Notes under the pieces: model-generated | Database searches by the model: none | What the model was told of the DNA's origin: nothing | Seen by the model: the letters and a program-made list of their open reading frames with translations, nothing else | Translations under genes and position numbers: made by a program | Part shown: piece by piece, positions 17,911 through 26,378 of the stretch | How the letters are laid out: each line of letters begins with the position of its first letter | Numbering within the stretch: position 1 is the first letter of the stretch | NCBI GenBank assembly: GCA_029935275.1 | Contig: JAOZKQ010000001.1 | Location: 1 to 29,965 of the forward strand | Length of the DNA: 29,965 nucleotides | Direction of reading: 5' to 3' | Source of the DNA: Bacteroidales bacterium | Lineage (GTDB): Bacteria; Bacteroidota; Bacteroidia; Bacteroidales; VadinHA17

Positions 17911-18291
17911 TTATTCAGCGACTTCAATCATCTTAAAAGGAACCCGGATAATCGATTCATAATCCTCACCAGCTTCCAGCATATCCTCATCATCCTCTTC
18001 GTAATGCCAATTAATAACTACCTCAGCATCTCCTTTATTAATGTCTTCAAGTTTTTTAAACACATCAAGAATACATTTTGAGGAACTGGTATTAAAATAT
18101 TCCAGTTGAATATTAACGGTCGTTTTTTCGGCAGGTAATTTCTTATATTCTTCCAGCCAATCAACCAAAGGTTTATAAAATTCAACTGAATTTTCCGGAA
18201 TAGATCTTCCATTAATTTCTATCAAACCATTTTCCGCATTAAGATTAACCGTTGGTGTTTTTGATGTTCCTTCTATATCTATAGATTGCAT
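17911..18291 (-). CDS. siaC: SiaC-family regulatory phosphoprotein (DUF1987)
   Basis: IEGTSKTPTVNL...LIEINGRSIPENSVEFYKPLVDWL, LEYFNTSSSKCILDVFKKLE (phospho-Thr motif NTSSS, Thr codon 18088-18090), INWHYEEDDEDMLEAGEDY. Confidence 0.88.
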   Translation of the reverse strand: MQSIDIEGTSKTPTVNLNAENGLIEINGRSIPENSVEFYKPLVDWLEEYKKLPAEKTTVNIQLEYFNTSSSKCILDVFKKLEDINKGDAEVVINWHYEEDDEDMLEAGEDYESIIRVPFKMIEVAE

Positions 18292-18304
18292 AAAATATAA
18301 TGTT

Positions 18305-18871
18305 TTAACGATTTATATTGAGATCTGAAACCAGCACATTTAGAATGAAAAAGAAATATTTATTATCGAAACTCTTAAATTCATACTCGAGAATATTACC
18401 TGTTTTCCTTGCAATATCAACTAATCCAAGTCCACCGCCCCCCTTTTCAGATATTTTATTATTAACCAGAATATCCTTATACAAACCTTTAAGCTCTTCA
18501 TTTGAGAGTGTGTTAATTTTTTCAATTTTTGATTTGAGGGGTTTGATCTTATCCGCTGTTACAAAATTCCCAGTGGAAATCTTATAATTATTATCATTTT
18601 TTGTAACTAACAGAATACCAAATCTTGGATCTAACTGGTCCGCAAAGTCTAAAGGAATTTCATCAATATGATGGTAAAGGTTTTGTAAACTTTCAACCAG
18701 TACATTATATACTTTTTTACGAATTTTTGAATGCTCATTGAAATCCATAAGCTTTGATTCAAGAGCATCAAGCACATCATTAATAAGCTCAGGGGTAATA
18801 CTACCCTTATAGGCAAGTAAAACATCACCTTCATTTAATTCAGTATATAAATCTTGTACTGTAAAGCTCAT
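18305..18871 (-). CDS. siaB: SiaB-family protein kinase (DUF6272, GHKL-like)
   Basis: LLAYKGSIT, KKVYNVLVESLQNLYHH (ExxQN box), ISTGNFV and KGGGGLGLVDIARKTG (ATP lid); lies 13 bp upstream of siaC. Confidence 0.87.
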   Translation of the reverse strand: MSFTVQDLYTELNEGDVLLAYKGSITPELINDVLDALESKLMDFNEHSKIRKKVYNVLVESLQNLYHHIDEIPLDFADQLDPRFGILLVTKNDNNYKISTGNFVTADKIKPLKSKIEKINTLSNEELKGLYKDILVNNKISEKGGGGLGLVDIARKTGNILEYEFKSFDNKYFFFILNVLVSDLNINR

Positions 18872-18921
18872 TTCTGGCTTTAATATTTAAAATCAATAAA
18901 AAAATGAAAAATATTATCCAA

Positions 18922-18929
18922 CAAATATA
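18922..18929 (-). promoter_or_regulatory. Bacteroidota -7 element (TATATTTG) for siaB-siaC
   Basis: Perfect TAnnTTTG 51 bp upstream of the siaB ATG. Confidence 0.6.
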
Positions 18930-19043
18930 AAAATAAAATAAAACTATTCAACTGGTAATCATTGTATTTTTCCTGAAATAATTTAATAATTAGCACACTG
19001 GATTTTCTCAATAAGCCCAGGCTTCCGATTATATACGCAAAAT

Positions 19044-20234
19044 TCAAAGTTTTGTTCCAGTTTTAGATGTTTTTTTCGAGCCCTGATAAAGTTCAAATTT
19101 CCTGAACTGACATTTAATATCTGCATTATACAAAGTGTGATTTTCAGAATGGTGTAAACCAACCCTTTTCATGGAACCCGGGTTCCCACTCAATATCCAT
19201 GCTACATAACCAGAAAAGTTCCTTTTCAAAATATCTCCGGTCATTGAATATAGCTCATTAATATCCTCAGGTTTAATACGTTCACCATATGGAGGGTTCA
19301 TTATCATAAGGCCCTCTGAAAAAGGTTTATTCAAATTCTCCAGACTTTTTACTTTTAATTTAATCTTATCCATAAGCCGGGCATTAAATACATTCATTCG
19401 GGCTACGCGAATCTGTTTTCCCGAGTTATCAAACCCAACTATTTCCTTTACTTCAAATGGGACTAATCTTCTTTCAGTAGAAACCTTCGTAAAAATATCC
19501 TGATCATAATCTGCCCAATTCTGGAAAGAATATTTACGGCCAAAAGATCCGGGAGGAATTGCATAAGCCATCATAGCAGCTTCAATAAGCAAGGTACCTG
19601 ACCCGCACATTGGATCAATAAAAGGAGCACTCCCATTCCATCCGGTTAAGCTGATCATGCCAGCGGCCAGCACTTCATTTAGTGAAGCATCGCCATGTCC
19701 AATACGGTAACCTCTTTTATGCAATGAATCTCCAGAACTATCAAGGGAAACATTACAAGTCTTATTTAAAATATGGATATTTATTACAATATCAGGATTC
19801 TTTGTATTCACTGAAGGCCTGATACCATGATCTTTCCGGAACCGGTCAACAATTGCATCTTTTGCTTTCAGAGCAATATAATGTGAATGTTTAAAAAAAT
19901 CGGAATGAACAACAGAATTTACAGAAAAGGTCTGATTTACACGAAATACTTCATCCCAGCGAAAATCCAAAATTTGTTTGTATAACTCATCCTCATTATC
20001 TGCTCTAAAATCGAATAAAGGTTTAAGCACTCTCACTGCAGTACGTGCATGGTAATTTACTCTGTACAACACATCTTTTCCTCCGGTAAACCTCACCATC
20101 CTGTTTTCCTTTGCCAGCACTTTCCCTCCAAAACCTTCAATTTCACGACTTAAAATATCTTCAAGACCAAATAAAGTTTTTGCCAGCATCACAAATGACC
20201 CACTTGTTGAATTTCTCTCTTTTTCTGTCATCAT
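19044..20234 (-). CDS. THUMP-domain class I SAM-dependent RNA methyltransferase (RlmL/YpsC-like m2G methylase)
   Basis: AKTLFGLEDIL, THUMP region, LDSSGDSLHKRGYR, ASLNEVLAAGMI, DPMCGSGTLLIEAA, MNPPYGER. Confidence 0.92.
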   Translation of the reverse strand: MMTEKERNSTSGSFVMLAKTLFGLEDILSREIEGFGGKVLAKENRMVRFTGGKDVLYRVNYHARTAVRVLKPLFDFRADNEDELYKQILDFRWDEVFRVNQTFSVNSVVHSDFFKHSHYIALKAKDAIVDRFRKDHGIRPSVNTKNPDIVINIHILNKTCNVSLDSSGDSLHKRGYRIGHGDASLNEVLAAGMISLTGWNGSAPFIDPMCGSGTLLIEAAMMAYAIPPGSFGRKYSFQNWADYDQDIFTKVSTERRLVPFEVKEIVGFDNSGKQIRVARMNVFNARLMDKIKLKVKSLENLNKPFSEGLMIMNPPYGERIKPEDINELYSMTGDILKRNFSGYVAWILSGNPGSMKRVGLHHSENHTLYNADIKCQFRKFELYQGSKKTSKTGTKL

Positions 20235-20246
20235 TTTATTTACTTA

Positions 20247-20387
20247 ATGTGTGTCCATAAAGTCGGTAGTTTGAACTAGAAAGTTCAAATTTAAGGCGTG
20301 AGATAAATCTAAACCGCAGAATACTAGTGTATTTGAGGATTTAGATTTTGAGCAACAACGCAGAAGTTGGACTTTATAGACAAACTC
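20247..20387. mobile_element. MITE-like non-autonomous element (141 bp) with terminal inverted repeats and TA flanks
   Basis: Left end ATGTGTGTCCATAAAGTC versus reverse complement of the right end GAGTTTGTCTATAAAGTC (14/18 identical; inner 16 bp 14/16). TA on both sides (20245-46, 20388-89). Internal hairpins at 20270-20289 and 20305-20348. No ORF. Confidence 0.6.
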
Positions 20388-20950
20388 TACTTAGCTTGTA
20401 AATCAAAATTCATCCTAATCCCTTCCATAGCACTTTCGAACCTCTCTTCCCCTGAACCTCTTACAATATAGTAAGAAAAACCATTTTTCTCCAATTCCTC
20501 TTTGTATTTCTCAAAAAGAAAGAATCTTCGCTCACCCCCATTCTCCCGAACAGGATCTTCTACCCAGGGCAAATCAGGATAACAAAGCAAATACAAATCC
20601 ATGAATGGTTCTTCAACTTCATCTTCCAGCCATTTGGGACAGTTATTATACACCAAATCAAACCAAAGCTTAGTAACAATCAGATCTGTATCAAAGAAAA
20701 TACATTGATCAGTTTTCAGTTTCATCTCAGCCCTTTTACTTAACTGTTTCCTGGCAATGGCTACCACATCCTCAAAAATATAGGGTCTGCCCAGGCCCTC
20801 TACGTATGTACGTGCGAACTCCTCTACATACAACCCATCAAAATAATCAGATAGCTGCATGGCAATCACAGTCTTACCTACAGACTCCGGCCCAGTAACA
20901 ACCACCCTTGGCTTCCGGCCGGATGTAACTATTTCATTTCTTTCTTCCAT
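20387..20950 (-). CDS. NadR-type (AAA_28) P-loop kinase, probable ribosylnicotinamide kinase
   Basis: VVVTGPESVGKT, EEFARTY, IFFDTDLIVTKLW, DLYLLCYPDLPWVEDPVRE. Overlaps the pnuC 3' end by 22 bp. Confidence 0.85.
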   Translation of the reverse strand: MEERNEIVTSGRKPRVVVTGPESVGKTVIAMQLSDYFDGLYVEEFARTYVEGLGRPYIFEDVVAIARKQLSKRAEMKLKTDQCIFFDTDLIVTKLWFDLVYNNCPKWLEDEVEEPFMDLYLLCYPDLPWVEDPVRENGGERRFFLFEKYKEELEKNGFSYYIVRGSGEERFESAMEGIRMNFDLQAK

Positions 20951-21555
20951 TCGTAATATCCATAAATCGCGAGTAAAGCATATACCAAAAACAATCCGGA
21001 TGTGAGATATAAACCCTTATATATATACAATCCCATAGAGACAAGGTCAACAACAATCCAGACAAGCCAATGTTCAATGATCTTTCTTGTCAGCATCCAG
21101 GTTGCCACAATACTGGCGGCCGTAGTAAATGCATCTAAATATAATAAATCAGAAGGGGGGATTTCAAGCAAACCTGGTAAAATATTCAGGACCCACACCA
21201 AAATCCAATATACAACAAATGTGATTAAAAAAAGGGTCAGTGCCAATTTACGACTTAACAATGAAATTTTTAAGTGCTTGCCATTTTGTTTTTTGCTGCC
21301 CGAAAGCCAGAAATACCAGCCATAAAAACTTATTAACAAGTAATATACCTGAAGGCCCATGTCGGCATAAAGCCGACCATTAAAAAAAACATAGATATAA
21401 AATGCAGAAGTCAGAATGCCAAAAGGCCACAACCAAATATTTTGACGAATACTAAAATAAAGGTAAATTAAAGCAGTAATTACCCCCATACCCTCCATAA
21501 TTACATCAGGGTTTTTATGGAACCAATGAAACAGCTCACTGATCAAAACCAGCAT
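20929..21555 (-). CDS. pnuC: Nicotinamide riboside transporter PnuC
   Basis: RQNIWLWPFG, LYADMGLQVYYLLISFYGWYFW, LDAFTTAASIVATWMLTRKIIEHWLVWIVVD, AIYGYYEW. Confidence 0.93.
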   Translation of the reverse strand: MLVLISELFHWFHKNPDVIMEGMGVITALIYLYFSIRQNIWLWPFGILTSAFYIYVFFNGRLYADMGLQVYYLLISFYGWYFWLSGSKKQNGKHLKISLLSRKLALTLFLITFVVYWILVWVLNILPGLLEIPPSDLLYLDAFTTAASIVATWMLTRKIIEHWLVWIVVDLVSMGLYIYKGLYLTSGLFLVYALLAIYGYYEWKKEMK

Positions 21556-21570
21556 AATTTAAAGAAACAA

Positions 21571-23154
21571 TTATTTTAGTTTACTATCATAAAGGCCCTT
21601 TGTTTGCAAAACCTGCACGGCTTTTTCAAAGCCATCATCCTTTTCATTGATAATCTCATAGTACTCACTAACTCTCCAGGTATCTCTTGCAATTAAAGCT
21701 TTAACAATCATACGTAAATGATCTGATGAGTCCTCAACATCTTCAGGTTTGGACTTTACACCCTCCTCTGAAGCCATGGAATTCAAGGTATTTAACATAT
21801 CGTCCTCAACATGAAAATCCTTCCTGAATTTCTCAAAAGTATCATATTCATTCTTCAGTTGGTCCCGATGTTCATCGAGATAATCAAGGACATAACTTGT
21901 TAGAACACCTGAACGAACGAGATTATTTGAATAAATGAAATTAGCCGTTGTATCAATGGGTACAAAAATATCCGGCATAATACCTCCTCCTCCATATACC
22001 GGCCGGTGCTTCTTTCTGGTATAAAATTTCAATGAATCGGGAAAATGAATGCTATCGGCAGACACAAACTCTCCATGCTTATATCGTTCAATCATATCAC
22101 TCATGTAATTATCCACACCATTCTCATAAGATTTCTGGATCAAACGACCACTTGGAGTATAGTACCTGGCAATAGTAAGCCTGATCATAGAACCATCAGG
22201 AAGGAAAAATGGTTTTTGGACCAATCCTTTCCCAAAAGACCTGCGTCCTATAACCAAGCCCCTGTCCCAGTCCTGAATGGCACCGGTCACAATTTCACTG
22301 GCTGATGCAGAACCTTCGTCAATCAGTATTACCACACGTTCCTTTTTCAAACTCCCCTTCGAGGAAGAGGAATAATCCTGCCTGGGCAAATGTGTTCCCT
22401 GAATATATACAACAAGCTTTCCTTTTTCAAGAAATTCATCAGCCATATGAATAGCGGCATCCAGCATTCCACCTCCATTTCCTCTCAGATCAAGAATTAG
22501 ATCTTTCATTCCCTCTTCATTCAATTCACTCAGAGCCTTATGAAACTCATCCATTGTAGTAGCTGAGAACCTGTTAAAACGAATATATCCGATTTTTTCA
22601 TCAACCATATAGTTTGCATCCAGACTAAAAATGGGTATCTTATCACGTATAATGGTAAAATCCAACAAATTTTTATTCCCTTTCCTCAGTACAGAAACCT
22701 TAACCTTAGTTCCCTTCTTACCCAACAACCTGTCTCTTACACCTGTTGTACCTATTTCTATGCCTGCTACATTTTCATCATCAATTCGTACAATTCTGTC
22801 GCCCGCGCGTAAACCGACCCTTTCCGAGGGGCCTCCTGAAATGGGAGAAATAACAAGGATGGTGTCGTATAGCATATTAAACTGTATTCCAATTCCCTCA
22901 AAATTTCCAACAAGGGGTTCATTCATTTCCTTTACCTCATCTTCACTAATATAAACTGAATGTGGATCAAGATCTTTCAAAATCGTGACAATTGCATCTT
23001 CCACGAGCTTGTCCTGTTTTACTGAATCAACATAATAGGCATCAACAAGTTTAAGTACCCTGTCCAGCTTAATAGACCCTTCAGGCATATACTGAGCTTT
23101 GACAATAGGCATAAACATTGTAAAAGCAAGAATGAATACACGTAATTTAATCAT
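21571..23154 (-). CDS. Carboxy-terminal processing protease (S41A) with a PDZ domain
   Basis: LDPHSVY, GNFEGIGI, PDZ GGPSERVGLRAGDRI, LILDLRGNGGG, catalytic Ser in SASASEIV and Lys in SFGKGLVQ, RLTIARYYTPSGR, GGGGIMPD. Confidence 0.95.
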   Translation of the reverse strand: MIKLRVFILAFTMFMPIVKAQYMPEGSIKLDRVLKLVDAYYVDSVKQDKLVEDAIVTILKDLDPHSVYISEDEVKEMNEPLVGNFEGIGIQFNMLYDTILVISPISGGPSERVGLRAGDRIVRIDDENVAGIEIGTTGVRDRLLGKKGTKVKVSVLRKGNKNLLDFTIIRDKIPIFSLDANYMVDEKIGYIRFNRFSATTMDEFHKALSELNEEGMKDLILDLRGNGGGMLDAAIHMADEFLEKGKLVVYIQGTHLPRQDYSSSSKGSLKKERVVILIDEGSASASEIVTGAIQDWDRGLVIGRRSFGKGLVQKPFFLPDGSMIRLTIARYYTPSGRLIQKSYENGVDNYMSDMIERYKHGEFVSADSIHFPDSLKFYTRKKHRPVYGGGGIMPDIFVPIDTTANFIYSNNLVRSGVLTSYVLDYLDEHRDQLKNEYDTFEKFRKDFHVEDDMLNTLNSMASEEGVKSKPEDVEDSSDHLRMIVKALIARDTWRVSEYYEIINEKDDGFEKAVQVLQTKGLYDSKLK

Positions 23155-23186
23155 AAACTTTATCTAAATTATTTTCTAAAATTCTT

Positions 23187-23194
23187 CAAAGATA
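23187..23194 (-). promoter_or_regulatory. Bacteroidota -7 element (TATCTTTG) for the S41-pnuC-kinase operon
   Basis: Perfect TAnnTTTG 33 bp upstream of the S41 ATG. Confidence 0.6.
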
Positions 23195-23267
23195 AGAAAT
23201 ATCGTATTTAAATATTTTTTGATACCATAATAAAGTTACTCCCTATAACTTAACAGGAGAAAAGCAA

Positions 23268-24797
23268 CTATTCCCATTCTATGGTAGCCGGTGGTTTGGA
23301 ACTAATATCATATACCACCCGATTAATTCCTTTCACTTTATTTATAATATTATTGGAAACAGCGGCAAGAAATTCAAATGGAAGATGAGACCAGTCAGCG
23401 GTCATGCCATCAGTTGATGAAACCGCCCTGAGTACCACTGCCCTCTCATAAGTTCTTTCATCTCCCATTACACCAACAGATTGTATTGGTAACAGAATCA
23501 CAGCGGCTTGCCATACTTTATCATAAAGGCCTTCATCTTTCAATGCTTGAATAAAAATCTCATCAGCTTCCTGCAAAATGGTGATTTTCTCTTGCGTAAT
23601 ATCACCTAAAATTCTTATTGCCAAACCAGGACCGGGAAAAGGGTGTCTGCCAATAAGATCATTACTCATATTCATGGCTTTCCCTACTCTTCTTACCTCG
23701 TCCTTAAAAAGCAAATTTAGTGGTTCCACTACCTTAAGTTTCATAAAATCAGGTAAACCTCCAACATTATGGTGAGATTTGATGGTAGCTGAAGGTCCGT
23801 TGACTGAAATTGATTCAATCACATCAGGGTAAATAGTCCCCTGAGCCAACCACTTAACTCCCTCAATCTTATGTGACTCCTCATCAAAAACTTCTATAAA
23901 CACTCTTCCTATTATCTTTCTTTTTGTCTCAGGGTCAGACTCACCAACCAAAGCATCCAGGAAGCGGTCCTTTGCATCTACACCAATCACATTTATTCCC
24001 AAGCTTCTATAGGTTTCAAGTACCTGCTCAAACTCACCCTTCCTTAAAAGGCCATTATCAACAAAGATAGAGGTAAGATTATCACCAATAGCCTTTGTTA
24101 AAAGCATTGCTGCTACCGATGAATCCACTCCACCTGATAAGCCTAAAATTACTTTATCGGACCCTATTTTTTCTTTCAACTCAACAACCTTGCTCTCCAC
24201 AAAGGAATCAGGGGTCCAGTTCTGGCTGCAAGCACAAATATCTTTAACAAAATTCTTTAAGATATCCTTCCCTTGTTCAGTATGATAAACCTCCGGATGA
24301 AATTGAATCCCAAAAGTATTCTCATTATCTATCTTAAATGCTCCAACTTCAACATCAGCAGTGCTAGCTATAATTTGAAAATTTTCAGGTAAACGGGCAA
24401 TGGTATCCCCATGAGACATCCAAACCTGTGAATCAAGACTAATTCCTTTAAATAACGAACTTTGTTCGTTAACAAATTTCAACCTTGCCCTTCCATATTC
24501 TCTGGTTTTTGATGGCAACACTTCTCCCCCATAATGCTGAGCTAAATGCTGGGCACCGTAACAAACCCCCAATAAAGGCTGAATACCTTTTATCCCTTTC
24601 AGCTTGGGAACAGGAGCTCCTTCATCCCTGACAGAAAACGGACTACCAGACAAAATTACTCCTTTCACACTCTCGTCAAGCTCTGGAATATGATTAAAAG
24701 GATGAATTTCACAATATACATTCAACTCCCTGACACGTCTGGCAATTAACTGAGTATATTGAGAACCAAAATCAATTATTAAAATTTTTTCTTTCAC
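23268..24797 (-). CDS. guaA: GMP synthase (glutamine-hydrolysing)
   Basis: [86 protein letters not shown] start at 24797. Confidence 0.98.
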   Translation of the reverse strand: MKEKILIIDFGSQYTQLIARRVRELNVYCEIHPFNHIPELDESVKGVILSGSPFSVRDEGAPVPKLKGIKGIQPLLGVCYGAQHLAQHYGGEVLPSKTREYGRARLKFVNEQSSLFKGISLDSQVWMSHGDTIARLPENFQIIASTADVEVGAFKIDNENTFGIQFHPEVYHTEQGKDILKNFVKDICACSQNWTPDSFVESKVVELKEKIGSDKVILGLSGGVDSSVAAMLLTKAIGDNLTSIFVDNGLLRKGEFEQVLETYRSLGINVIGVDAKDRFLDALVGESDPETKRKIIGRVFIEVFDEESHKIEGVKWLAQGTIYPDVIESISVNGPSATIKSHHNVGGLPDFMKLKVVEPLNLLFKDEVRRVGKAMNMSNDLIGRHPFPGPGLAIRILGDITQEKITILQEADEIFIQALKDEGLYDKVWQAAVILLPIQSVGVMGDERTYERAVVLRAVSSTDGMTADWSHLPFEFLAAVSNNIINKVKGINRVVYDISSKPPATIEWE

Positions 24798-24819
24798 AAA
24801 ATTATTTATTAAGTTCCGG

Positions 24820-24827
24820 CAAAAATA
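24820..24827 (-). promoter_or_regulatory. Bacteroidota -7 element (TATTTTTG) for guaA
   Basis: Perfect TAnnTTTG 23 bp upstream of the GTG start. Confidence 0.55.
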
Positions 24828-24905
24828 AGGATTTTATGCTTTGTAGCAAAGAGATAAATAGCAGACATATATTAAAATACAGGAATAACAAAAGACCCGG
24901 ATTAA

Positions 24906-26129
24906 TTATTTGAATAAAGACTTTACAGCATCCTTTCGAACCGTAACTCCCATCATTTTAAGCCTGACGTAATCTTCTGAAAAGAAATAATAACCGAATT
25001 TCTTATCGCTTTTATCCATATTTCTGGAACCGGAACTGGAATCTTTTATAAGATACCAGATTTTACCATCATTCTCATAATAACCTACAAGGTGCATTCC
25101 ATGATCATCGGTAGTGCTATGGTTAGAAAACCGGAACTGACGCGCGTCCTCGTCAATATATTCTGAAGGAACATCAAAGCTGGGCACAAGTGCGACATTT
25201 GTCTCCCGGCTAAACCCGGCCTCGGACACATCTCCACCTATACTAATTGTGTAACCCGCTTTAACTGCTTCTTTTAAAGCTTCCATAAAATCATCCAGTG
25301 GAACATTAAAATAGCCTTTGCTATGCCACCAGTTATCTGGAACTTTATATTCCACATTCTCCCAATAAGGCTCCTGTTTATAAGATAAAATCTCCACATA
25401 ATCATCAGTATTGATTTTTAGAATATTCTTTTGAAAATCTTTGGGTGTAATCTCATTACCTTCCCATTCAAACTTTTCAGGAGGTGTACCCATGTAATAG
25501 TTCATAATTGACTTTATGGTTTCCAGGCTTTCCTTTTCATTCCATGCATTTGTATTCTTAAGGGAAAGTAGAAATGTATTCATCTCTCTATACATATCAC
25601 TATGGTCATGATATTTGCGGCCACCAACCAGACCATTATAAACATCCCAGGGAACCAGGCCATGAGTGTTCATAATACGGGCAACTGCATTTCCTTCAGA
25701 ACCTTCGGCAAAATTCGAATTACCTCTTTTTTGAATGAACCCTCTGGCTTTTTCAACATACTCCCAATACACGATATATATTTCAGAAAGCTTAATCTCC
25801 TGTCCGGTAAGCCGTTTAACTTCCGACTCATACATTGAAATGGTAGAAAAACACCAACAAGTGCCAGTGTTTCCCTGAGAAATGGGAGGCGTATGCCAAT
25901 AAGATTTATACAGGGACGGGTCATTAGGTAGTTCCAGGTCCGATTGATCCATGAAAAACAGCTTTTCCATGTCTTTTTTGTTCATCTCAGCCTTCACATG
26001 TCGTGCATCCTTCATAATAAAATTTTGATAGAAGCCTGGTTCATACTCTTTGAAAACAGACTTATCCTTTTTTTGTGAATAGGCTGAAACAGAAAGAAGG
26101 GCCATAATCAACAAACAGTATTTTTTCAT
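24906..26129 (-). CDS. Exported papain-family (C1) cysteine peptidase, aminopeptidase C / bleomycin hydrolase-like
   Basis: Signal peptide; QGNTGTCWCFS (catalytic Cys codon 25857-25859), TTDDHGMHLVG (His), and WYLIKDSSSG where KNSWG is usual. Confidence 0.88.
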   Translation of the reverse strand: MKKYCLLIMALLSVSAYSQKKDKSVFKEYEPGFYQNFIMKDARHVKAEMNKKDMEKLFFMDQSDLELPNDPSLYKSYWHTPPISQGNTGTCWCFSTISMYESEVKRLTGQEIKLSEIYIVYWEYVEKARGFIQKRGNSNFAEGSEGNAVARIMNTHGLVPWDVYNGLVGGRKYHDHSDMYREMNTFLLSLKNTNAWNEKESLETIKSIMNYYMGTPPEKFEWEGNEITPKDFQKNILKINTDDYVEILSYKQEPYWENVEYKVPDNWWHSKGYFNVPLDDFMEALKEAVKAGYTISIGGDVSEAGFSRETNVALVPSFDVPSEYIDEDARQFRFSNHSTTDDHGMHLVGYYENDGKIWYLIKDSSSGSRNMDKSDKKFGYYFFSEDYVRLKMMGVTVRKDAVKSLFK

Positions 26130-26158
26130 CTTGTATAAATTTAAGTTAGAGAAAAAGT

Positions 26159-26166
26159 CAAAATTA
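26159..26166 (-). promoter_or_regulatory. Bacteroidota -7 element (TAATTTTG) for the C1 peptidase
   Basis: Perfect TAnnTTTG 30 bp upstream of the ATG. Confidence 0.55.
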
Positions 26167-26238
26167 GTATTTAATTACAAATTAGCTATCATTAGAAAAC
26201 TTTACTAAAAATAGAAGTCTTACAATAACTCCTAGATA

Positions 26239-26360
26239 GTGTCAGCAAGAAAACGTCAATAATTTCGTTACTCTTGTTTTGAAAACAGTCATTTACATTA
26301 GTAAACTCCTGATTTTCAAAACTACGAAAGCCTCATTCTTGACGTTCTCTTATCTGATAC
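26239..26360. repeat. 122-bp long imperfect palindrome (MITE-like or large stem-loop) downstream of rnz
   Basis: Nested arms: 26239-26259 / 26339-26360 (18/22 with one gap), TTTCGT/ACGAAA, GTTTTGAAAA (26276-85) / TTTTCAAAAC (26313-22), TTTAC/GTAAA around an ATTA loop, all centred near 26299. Confidence 0.65.
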
Positions 26361-26378
26361 TTAGTTTTCTTGCAAAGA

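Noticed and set aside
18989-19024. TTAGCACAC as a CIRCE half-site, and the AAGCC-CA-GGCTT palindrome
   Set aside because: The second CIRCE arm is absent and no chaperone gene is downstream. The palindrome has a 2-nt loop and no U-tract.
8545-26129. Four peptidases (retropepsin-PDZ, S9B, S41, C1) as a single proteolytic system
   Set aside because: They are in separate transcription units; three have their own -7 element and the fourth is on the opposite strand. Peptidase-rich genomes are normal for Bacteroidota.
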